DNA of 64,000 bases. Source: Octopus sinensis. Lineage: Eukaryota. Position numbers and translations under genes: made by a program. The notes beneath the pieces were generated by a model. That model was given only the letters and a program-made list of their open reading frames with translations, made no database searches and was not told the DNA's origin. Numbering within the stretch: position 1 is the stretch's first letter; every line of letters starts with the position of its first letter. Location: the NCBI RefSeq assembly GCF_006345805.1, contig NC_043013.1:43338001-43402000 (forward strand), given 5' to 3'. Positions 25,100 to 37,000 of this stretch are shown here, in pieces.

Positions 25100-28000
25100 T
25101 AATAATAATAATAATAATAATACTGATAATGATAATAATAATGATAATAATAATAACAATAACATCGAAAAATACCTTAGGAATGAGAACCCAAGTTCGA
25201 AATTTCCCCAAGACACCTAATGAAGGCCAGAGGGTATATCAGCTGAAACGTGTTAACAAACAAAATGAGGACAAATATCCGTCAAATGTAAATAATGTAA
25301 ATAATATAGTATAACATGTTTTACACACACACACACAAATATATGTTTGGCATGTGTATGACCTGCTTAGAAACAATCACTGTACTCGTTTGACACTCAG
25401 ATCTCTTTGCCCAAGTCATGGTCGCAGAAGCTGCTTAGTGAGTTGCTGTGTGAAAGAAATCCAAAGTAAAATAGTGCAATATACCTTTCTGGTAGTATCG
25501 TTTATAACTAAACAGTACTACTAGTAGATGTTACCACTTAGCACTACAGAAACTGTAATCAATGCCATGTGTTAAAAAAAAAAAAACCCCGCCACAACCT
25601 GCAAACACATACAGCACAATCAATAGACATACAATACTAGTATCACTATTACTACTACTACTACTACTACTACCACCACTGCCAACACTGCATAACAAAT
25701 CAAGACCACCAATACCTATTTCCTTACTACCCACAAGGGGCTAAACACAGAGAGGACAAACAAGGACAAACGGAATAAGTCAATTACATCGACCCTAGTG
25801 TGTAACTGGTACTTAATTTATCGACCCTGAAAGGATGAAAGGCAAAGTCGACCTCGGTGTAATCTGAACTCAGAACGTAACGGCAGACGCAATACCTATT
25901 TCTTTATTACCCACAAGGGGCTAAACACAGAGAGGACAAACGGATTAAGTCGATTATATCGACCCCAGTGCGTGACTGGTACTTATTTAATCGACCCCGA
26001 AAGGATGAAAGGCAAAGTCGACCTCAGCAGAATTTGAACTCAGAACGTAGCGACAGACGAAATACCGCTAAGCATTTCGCCAGGCATGCTAATGTTTCTG
26101 CCAGCTTGCCACCAATACCACAACTACTGCTACTACTATTGCTACATACAACCGGCGCTGAATTAACCATTAAGCAAAATAAGCACATGTTTAGGACATC
26201 GAAGGGCACCATAAAAATGGTAAATAGTTTACTGCACTAAAAAAATCACTTTAACCCTTTCAATATCAACCCGGCTGAAACTGGCTCTTGCTGCTCTGAG
26301 TTCAAACGTCTTTGTTTCATAAGTTTCAAATTAAAATCTTCCTCCAAACCTTAGTCACAATTTATGTTCCTAACACTAGCTTAATGATAACTAAGTTATT
26401 TTACTAAATCCTTTGTTAGATTTAAAATTAATTGAAAGAAACACAGAGCATCTCAAAATAAATACAGTAACAAAAGTAAAAGAGTAAAACCACATTTCCA
26501 AGGAGTGACATTCATGACACGTCTTCCAGATCACTCAATGTCTTTCAGGGACATTCTTCTGCTTTCAAAGCACCAGTGCCATTGAAGACATTGTATACAA
26601 CTCATTGCCTTGTCACCGTAAGCTTACCGAAGCATACTCAACAACTCTGTAGCAGACTTCCAAAGTTTAACGCAAAATTTCATGTTGGCTCTTTGTTCCT
26701 GTCCGTGACAAAATCACAGACTACAGCATACCCCTGATCACAAAAACACAAATTTCGCAACCTGTGAAGTAAACACAGCGACGTCAGTCGACACACTGTC
26801 TCATGAAAGTCACTGTTAGCTCCCACTGCGCACGCAACCGTGTGCTGCCACCTGTTGGTGTGCTACAGAACTAGTCTGGGAACTTTTTGATACCACCTCA
26901 TATAACGCTACCACCAACACCACCACCACATGCAATATCAACGCCACCATAACTACCACTATAACATACAACACTAACACTATGTACAACACCCAAATCC
27001 CTTCTACATACGATACCACTGACACCAACAATGACAACAGTAACACCAAGACTACTGACATATGTTTGTTCCTTCTCGAGCCATGCGTGGCTCATAAGGG
27101 CCGGTTTCCTGGTTTCCTTGGTGTATAGGTTCCCCACCTGGACGGGACGCCGGTCCGTCACAGGTGAGCTGCAAGATGCAGGCAAAAAGAGTGAGAGAAA
27201 GTTGTAGCGAAAGAGTCAGCAGAAGTTCACCATTACCTTCTGCCGGAGCCGCGTGGAGCTTAGGTGTTTTCGCTCATAAACACACACATTGCCCGGTCCG
27301 AGATTAGAACCCGCGATCCCTCGACTGCGAGTCCGGTGCTCTAACCACTAGGCCATGTGCCTCCACTACTGACATATACAACACCCCAATCACCACTAAC
27401 ACCAACACCATATTACTGCCTACAATGGCACCCACATCACTACCACCTACAATACTAATATTAACCACCAACACCACAACCAATAACAACATCACTGTTA
27501 CCACCAACACCATTACATACACCGCCACTACCATTAGTGCTGCCACCACCACCACCATCACCAAATAGTAACAATACATTTTTCAGAGTCACTCAGCCAT
27601 GTCGACCTGAACAGAAATAACATGTGTTACACATTGTTATTTAACAAGAACAATGTGAGTTAAGGCAGCAACGGGGGGGGGGAATAAACACTGAATCAGT
27701 ACCGTAAATCCTCTCCTCGAGTATAGTCTGCCCTTGAGTATAATACGTGGGGGATTTTTAGGGGGCTGTAACTCTGAAAAACCTAAACCTTGTGTATAAT
27801 ATGCACCCTTTCTCTAACTTGGGTCAAGGAGGTCTATATAACGTCCTTGGTTTGTAAAAATGTATACAGTAACATCCTTTATTATTATTGTATATATAAC
27901 ATAATGCAAACGTGTAGCTTTTTTGTGAATTTTGTTTGCAGAAAATAAAGAAATAACAGTAATAACGTTTGATAAATGTTGCTTACTGCAAGTTATGGGT

Positions 28001-30213
28001 GATTCTTTTATGACTTCATTGCTTTCAGGCTTAGCTTAAGGTATTTTTGCGCCTGACATCACAAAATGCGTCTGAATAAACATTGCCAGACAACAAATAG
28101 AGACTCAGACATTGCTTAGAAAATATTTTTCATTTTTAACCTCGTATATAGCACGCACTAGGGATTTTGACCTTTAAATTTTGGGAAAAAAATGCGGATT
28201 ATACTCGAGGATTTACAGTAATTAAATCTGATCAAAGCAGATAGGGGAGGCAACTCCATGATCTCTATATGAAGGAGTGCGGAAAAATTCCTGGCTGTAA
28301 GGGTGTCGCAAAAGGCCTGATTGGAGGCCTAACCTTCCGAGTTCATTTACAGAGCTCAGAAAAGCTGAAGGACCACTCCAATAAGTGTTTGAATCTGAGA
28401 GGGGAATATGTTGAATAAAATAGTAAGTAACTGATCCTCCCTTTTTTTTTTTCTCCAAGGCCAGGAACTTTTCAGCACACCTCGTCATCATCATCATCAT
28501 CGTTTAACGTCCTCTTTCCATGCTAGCATGGGTTGGACGATTTTGACTGAGGGCTGGCGAACAAGATGGCTGCACCAGGCTCCAATCTTGATTTGGCAGA
28601 GTTTCTACAGCTGGATGCCCTTCCTAATGCCAACCACTCCGAGAGTGTAGTGGGTGCTTTTTACATGCCACCAGCACGGGGGCCAGTCATGCGGTACTGG
28701 CAATGACTTCGCTCGAATCTTTTTACAAATACCACCAGCACAGGTGCCAGTAAGGTGACGTTGGTAATAATCACGCTCGAATGGTGCCCTTTTACATGCC
28801 ACCGGCACGGAAGCCAGTTGGCTGCTCTGGCAACGATCATGCTCGGATGGTGCTCTTGGCACCCTACTAGCACGAGCACAAGTGTCAGTAAGGCGACGCT
28901 AGTAACGATCACACAAGAATGGTACCTTTTATGCGCCACTGGCACGGAAGCCAGTTAGCCGCTCTGTCAACGATCATGCTAGTATGGTGCTATTTGCACC
29001 CCGCTAATATGGATGCCAGTCATCGAATGTGATTTTGATTTTGTATATTTAGATTTTAACCCTTTAGCATTCAGATTACTCTCTCTCTCTCTCTCTCTCT
29101 CTTTCGGAGAGGCACAAGCACCTACACGCACATATACACACACGGCAGTAACTTCCGCCTGCCGAATTCAATCACAAAGCTTCGGTCGGCTCGGGGCTAT
29201 AGTGGAAGACACCTACCCAAAGTGCCATGCAGTGGGACTGAACCCGAAACCATGTAGCTAGGAAGCAAGCTCCCTAAAGTCAAACGTAATGCTTATTTAT
29301 TCAGTTTTAAATTATTCATGCATTATCTTGTAGCTGAGATTTCAACGATGTGATTGTTTATCTTTCAGAATGACATTGTAGGGTAGGTGCAAGAGGCCAG
29401 ATATGGCCAGTTTGAACATAAAACAGGCAGAATATTTAGGCTGGATATGTCCAGCTTAAACGCTAAAGGGTAAACGCATGTGGCTAGGAGGAAGTAAACA
29501 TTAGGGAGAGGTCTTAATATTAATTTTGATTTGATTAAATTTTGTTAATCGAAGATACTGACCACATTGGTTGGAAGTTTATAACCTGGCAGGTACTTGA
29601 CGTTTTCATGCTGTGTGTTGATGATCTCGGTCAGCTTCTTTCCACCAATCATCTCCTCGTACACATACATGCTGACCGCAGATTGGAACTTGTCTGACTT
29701 CTGTTTGCATGTCTCACCAACAATTTTGGCAATTGCAGAGCCCCTGAGAAAAAGGAAGAGTAAAGTTATAGTTATAATGAGGTGCAAAGTATATACAAGA
29801 TTATATTATATTGTTATATTATATACATACACACATATATAAAAATGTATACACACACAAATACACACACACATATATACAAGAGAGTGTTGAAAAGTTC
29901 CAGGCTTTGTGTAGAAGAAAATACAGAAGGATCTATTAATTACAATTATATTCAACATATTCCCCTCTCAGATTCACATGCTTATTGCAGCAGTCCTTCA
30001 GTTTTTGTAAGCCCTGTAAAAGAACTCAGAATGTTGGGCCTTCACTGGGCCTTTTGCAATACCCTTAAAGCCAGGAATTTTTCAGCACCCCCTTGTATAT
30101 GAATGATCTACCACAAGATCCACTCCTTGTTGTTCTACTATAGCCTCTGGCTGACCAAAACCTTGTGAGTGGATTTGGTAGACAGAAACTAAAAGAAGCC
30201 CATTGTATATATG

Positions 30214-30253
<40 letters not shown>

Positions 30254-31164
30254 CGCATGTGTGTGTGTATATGTATGTGTGTTTGTGTGTGTGCGTGTGT
30301 GTGTGTGTGTTGTGTATCTGTGTCACCCCAACATCACTTGACAACCAATGCTGGTGTGCTTATGTCCCCATAGCAAAAGAGACCAATAGAATAAGTACTA
30401 GGCTTCCAAAGAATAAGTCCTGGGGTCGATTTGCTCGACTAAAGGTGGTGCTCCAGCATGGCCACAGTCAAATGACTGAAGCAAGTAAAAGAGTAAAAGA
30501 TTGTTACAAAAATCTGATGGATTATCCTTCTGGTCCTAAAAAGAGGACCATGGGTGCTAATGGGTTAAGACCAGCAGGAAAATCTGCCTCAGCAAATTCC
30601 ATGTGACTCATGTAAGCATGGAAAAGTGGATATTAAATAATATTAAATAATGATGATATACAGTAGTTCAAATGTATATCTACAATGAAATCCAGGAGCA
30701 TGCATGGCTGCATCTATGCTTCTAGTCTGACCTTCTTATAAGGTAAAAATAGACTAAAATGCCTAAAATATTTGTATTTTGTGTGTTGTTTATTTTTCTT
30801 TTTTCTTTGAATGATTTTATTAATGGGGATAAGTTTTCTGCATGTGAGGGGAGAGTCTACTCCCTTGTCTTAATATGCATAGCCAGTGTACCATATGTCT
30901 TTACACACACACAAACACACACATATACATACATAGAGACAGACAGATACACATACAGAGACGTGTGTAAACGTGAGTATGTATTTAATGAAATAAAAAT
31001 AAGAAATAAGTGGAAATTTTACCGGTGAGTTTGTTACATTATAACCCACAAAAAGAAAATGACTCTCCCCAGACACAACAGAATATGCTTCAACACACGA
31101 ACTCATATAAAGAATCTTGCAAACCAAATCCAAAAACAAAATATTTAATGAAATATATATATAT

Positions 31165-31205
<41 letters not shown>

Positions 31206-31666
31206 TATATATATATATATCATAGAAATAATCGACCCCAGGACTTATTCTGTGGATGCCTAGTACTTATTCTGTCAGTCTCTTTTGCCAAACTGCTAAG
31301 TTATAGGGACATAAACACACCACCATTGGTTGTCAAGCGATGTTGGGGGGACAAACACAGACATACAAACATATAAGCACACATAAATATACATATATAG
31401 GACGGGCTTCTTTTAGTTTCTGTCTACCAAATTCACTCACAAGGCTTTGGTCAGCCCGAGGTTATAGTAAAAGACACTTGCCCAAGGTGTCACGCAGTGG
31501 TACTGAACCCGGAACCATGTGGTTGGTAAGCAAGGTACTTACCACACCGCCACTCTTGCGCCTATAAAAAAATAAACCACTGGTTCCACTGGGGATCGAA
31601 CCCAGGGCCTCTCACATGTGAAGCGAGCATGGTAACCACTACACTACAGAACCTATTTAATTAAGG

Positions 31667-31699
<33 letters not shown>

Positions 31700-33345
31700 T
31701 GCATATACACACACGCATATATATATATGTGTAACTCACACGTGTGGTAAAGCATGGCAAGATATTTGTTAAATGGATGTGGGGATGTGCATTAACACAA
31801 ATGGGCTTCTTGTGGATTAGTCCTGTCAAGCCACTTCAACAACCCCTTTCATTACACTCTCACATATTTGCCATACCATGCCACCAGTGTAACAAAAGAT
31901 GACATTCAATCTATTCAATCCATATTTCACTCCCTTCACTATCACCCACTATCTTCCACCACTCCTTAATCACTCTCAATTTCATCTCAACACCTTGTTT
32001 AATGAAGTCCACTCTCCTTCAAACACTGTTCCCTACTGCTTACAGTCACTCTTGCATCACACTTACTACAGCCCATCTCTACTGTTGTCCATCACTTGTT
32101 CTTTCTAAACATCACCTACTTTTATTGCTATGCCATCATACTACTAAAACTGTTATTCTATTCAATCTCCTTACCAACAATCCATGTGTAGCTGCTAACA
32201 CTGTCTCTTTTCCATTACTTCCTCCCTCACCACCATCTGGCTCTTAATCTGTTTTTCCCACCATGCTTATTCTTTTCTTTTACCTCTTTACTCACCACAC
32301 TCCTCTTTTCGCCCTCTCAGTCTCATCTACTTTGAATAAATGTGTAAAGTGGAGAGGACTCATTAGTCTTGTAAGAGACAAGGAAAACTCACTAGTGTTG
32401 GTCCACAATAAAATGCACCCAGTACAATCTATAAAGTGTTTGCTGAACAAAGCGATATATGTGTGTAGTTTTACTAAGGACAAGACAAAACTCTAGTGCA
32501 AGGTGTCTAATGCCTGAAACAAGTAAAACATAACAGATAAGACATTATATATATATATAAAGTAAAAAAAAAGGCAAGGTAGAAAATGCAAAAATAATTT
32601 TATCATAAAAAACATTTTAGTACCGGTTTCAGTCATTGAGACTTTTTCAACTGTAAGTATGGAAAACAATTAAATTTTGGAAAAATTAAATTAAAGGTTT
32701 TTTAAAAGAATATCTGCATAGTATTCGAATACAAGGGGCATTTTTCTTGTTTCTGCCTGTCTCTGTCTCTCTTGTTTACTATTAGAGACAGAGACAGGCA
32801 GAAACAAGGAAAATGCCCCTTGTATTTGAATACTATGCAGATATTCTTTTAAAAAACTTTTCATTTAATTTTTCCAAAATTTTTTCCATACTTAGAGTTG
32901 AAAAAGTCTCAATGAATGAAACTGGTACTAAAATGTATTTTGTGATAAAATTATTTTCACATGTTCTACCTTGGCTTGTTTTCCTTATAAATATCAACTT
33001 GTGTGTTCCTTTTCAACCTTCTACATAATTTTAATTGATTTGCTTTTCGCAGGAAGGAAAGTTTCTTGTCGAAGATACGTCTCGCTTTTATCCTTCGAAA
33101 CGTATAGTAGATGAAACCATAGCGACTGAAGAAGGAGTTTTTTCTTTGTGTTAATTGTCCTGTACTCTATTTTTTTGCTGTTTTTAAAAAAATGTCCAGT
33201 TCCTTTGGTTTGTGTCTATGTTTTCGTTTCTCATTGTGTTCGACGTCCTTTTGGTGTCCTGTACTCATATATGCGTGTATATGTACATGTAGAGGTAGGT
33301 ACGTACATATATGTTTATATATATGCATATGTTTTATTTCATTTA

Positions 33346-33379
<34 letters not shown>

Positions 33380-34051
33380 AAATTAAGAGGAATGACCACT
33401 AAAGTGGACACCTAAGATGCTAAGCATAATTACCATTACCACGAAGAATGTGTTCTCAAGAAAAATCTCAGCAAAACGCCAAAATGTAAAAATGAGCAAG
33501 ACAAATGAAAATATATACGAAATAAAAAACGATTACCTACATACCATTGGTTTCAATTGTTAATATCTATGTATGCAAACATGCAGATATCTGCAAGATC
33601 GTTAGCATAGTCTGTCATTTACAAAATACAATTTCCAGAACTAGATACAGAACGCTCAACTGAAATTGAGCATGTATAAAGTTCTACATTTTATATATGG
33701 GTGTATTTTTCAAATGTCTTCACTTTGGCGCGCTGAGGTCGGAAATTACTCCGCAGTTAATAAATTTCAGCAGCTAATTTACTGGTTAGGGATCATTTTT
33801 TAATTTAAAATTAAATAATAAGGGTAGAAATTGATATTAATCAATTAAAACCAGTGGCTTAGCATATTTTTTTTTTAAATCCAAAGATTAAAAGTTGTGT
33901 TACAAAATTAAGAGGAATGACTACTAAAGTGGACACCTAATATGCTAAACATAGACGTCAAATCACCATTACCACGAAGAATATGTTCTCAAGAAAAATC
34001 TCAGCAAAACGTCATATCATCATATATATATATATATATACACACACACAA

Positions 34052-34098
<47 letters not shown>

Positions 34099-37000
34099 CA
34101 TACACATACACAGATGCACACATACCTTTATATTGTTTTACTCTTTGATTGGCTTCCGACATTGGACTGTGGCCATGCTGGCACACTGCCTCTGAATGTT
34201 TTAGTTGATTAGCCACTGACCTCAGAGTTATTTCAGTTTGCTCTACAATCAATCTGTACTTTATTGAATCACTTGGTTTTCTTTCTGGACATACCACCAT
34301 TTTTTTAAATACCCTAGTAAACATAAGGACACACATGCATGTGTATGTGTGTGTATAGTTAATCCAAACATGAACAAAGAGAAAACAACGATGCAAGGAC
34401 GTGGAACAAATATAGTGTTATTGGTCACTGAAGAAAGGAAAGAAAGGAGGAGGATTTAATGTTTCGAGCGGAGCTCTTCGTCAGAAACATAGGAAAAGGA
34501 AAGGTCCAAGGAAGGGAAGACGGAGGAAGAAAATCGCCAACGATACACACGTGGTCACACATGCAGACACACATGCAAACACACACAAACACATATATAC
34601 ATATATACATGCACATACATATAATAAATAACTAGCACTCTGTTGGTTACGAGTATTCCAGTTGATCCAATCACCAGAACAGCCTACTCATGAAATTAAC
34701 ATGCAAGTGGCTGAGTATTCCACAGACATGCGTACCCTTAATGTAGTTTCTCAAGGAGATTCAACATGATACAGAATGTGACAAGGTTGGTTCCATTTTT
34801 GGACTGGAGCAACATGAAAAAAATGTCTTGCTCAAGAACACATCACGCTGCTAGGAATAGAACTCCCAACCACACAGTCATAAGCCAAACACCCTAATCC
34901 CTAAGCCACGTGCATTCACTGTTACAAAATACCGATCATAATGAATGAGTTAATATGGCACTACAGTAAAAGACACTTGGCAAGATTGCTGTGCCATGAG
35001 ACTGTAGCTAAACATTGTTTTCTTGGCATATTTAGCATTCAAATTGGCCATATCCGGCCAGAATATGCTACCTGTTTTATGTCCAGTCTAACTAGATCAG
35101 GCTGCTCACACTTACCCTGCAATGCCATTCTAAAAATAAACAATTCCACCATTGAAGCCCCGAAGCTACAAGATAATGCATGATTAATAAGAAATAAACA
35201 CTGCAACTGACAGAGTAATGTAAATGCTAAACGGTTAGACGTTAAATGTCTGTCTGTCGTTGTCATCGTCATCATCATCATCATCGTTTAACGTCCATTT
35301 TCCATGCTGACATGGGATGGACAGTTCGACTTGGGTCTGGGAAGCCAGGAGGCTGCACCAGGCTCCAGTCTGATCTGGCAGTGTTTCTACAGCTGGATTC
35401 TCTTCTTAACGCCAACCACTCCGAGAGTGTAGTGGGTGCATTTTACGTGCCACCAGCACAGGGGCCAGAGGAGCTGGCATCAACGTGAAATGAAGCATTT
35501 TGCTCAATAACACAACACATTGCCCGGTCCAGGAATCGAAATCACAATCTTACGATAATGATGCTGACACCCTAACCACTAAGCCACATGCCTCCATATA
35601 TAAATATATATTGTGTGTGTGGTTTCTCTGTACTCCTTCTACTTGTGAGTGGATTTGGTAGATGGAAACTGAAAGAAGCCCATCATATATATGTATGTAT
35701 ATATATATATATATATATATATGCATATATTTATGTGTTTGTGTTTGACCCACCCTCCCCCACCGATGCTGGTGTGTTTACGTCCCCGTAACTTAGCGGT
35801 TCGGTAAAGGGACCGATAGAATAAGTACTAGGCTTACAAAGAAGAATAAGTCCGGGGGTTGATTTGCTCGACTAAAGGCGGCGCTCCAGCATGGCCACAG
35901 TCAAATGACTGAAACAAGTCAAAGAGTATAACACACAGACACATGCATAAAGTGTGTCTCTGTGTGTCTGTGTGTGTGTCTGTGTGTCTGTGTGTCTGTG
36001 TGTGTCTGTGTGTCTGTGTGTTTGTCTGATTTCATGTATGTGAATGAAACGTTGGGAAACAAAAAAAAAAACAAAGGCCAAACGTAAATATTTAATAAAG
36101 GAAAGATATCCTCTCCTTCTACTCTCGATATAGCTATCTAAATTCAATGGTCTTATCTACAGAAGGATTTTTAAACCTCCATAACAACAGCAACAACAAG
36201 AAGCAAATCAACAATTTATCTTCAAGTAGGTTGTGTATGGTGTAACGTGTAAGACAGCTATAAAATTAAGAACACACACATCAATAACTGAGTCATTATC
36301 ATCGATCCTTCACATACATACACTGACCCAGCACTGATAACGGGAACATGTCCTCAAAAGAAATCAGAGATTGAAATACATGTGGGTAAGAAAGGAACGA
36401 TAAGTGAACCACTTGTGAACAAACTACTTGGTTAAGCAGAATTGGTGGAGCAACAGACAAATTGCCTTGCAAGTTGTATTTAGTTATGGCCTTTTGCACT
36501 CTCGTTTCAAATCATGTTCAGATTAGCTTTGCCTTTCATCTTTCCAAGGTTGATAGAATAAGTGTATGTTGAGTGCCAGGGACTATATTGGTCAAAATTA
36601 AATCTGTACCTGCACAAAGGGATACAGGGTCGGGCAAGATTTTTGTGGAAGTCTAGGTGTTGTTGATGTATTCTAGTTTTACCTTGCATACATGAGGATA
36701 CAAGTGTCGTCTAGGTATGTTTATGTATGGACAACAAGTATGTGTTGGCCATATGCATACAACAATGTTTGTATATTTATAGACAACACATACATACAAA
36801 CACTGCATGTTGTCCATACACATTCAAACACTATGTATCTGGATGATATATATATATATACTCTATTGTTAAAGCTGCAAAAACATCAAAAAAACTGTTC
36901 AACTGGATGCTTTATGGTATTGGCTCTGGTTCTTTGCATTCAGAGTTCAAATCCCGCTATGGTTTACACAGCTAATTAGCAGTCATTAGAGCAGTGCTTT

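Noticed and set aside
33060-33140. Additional hammerhead candidates at 33065-33105 and the CTGAAGAAG sites at 33125 and 59128
   Set aside because: Core or stems are too degraded, or no downstream GAAA and stem II could be formed
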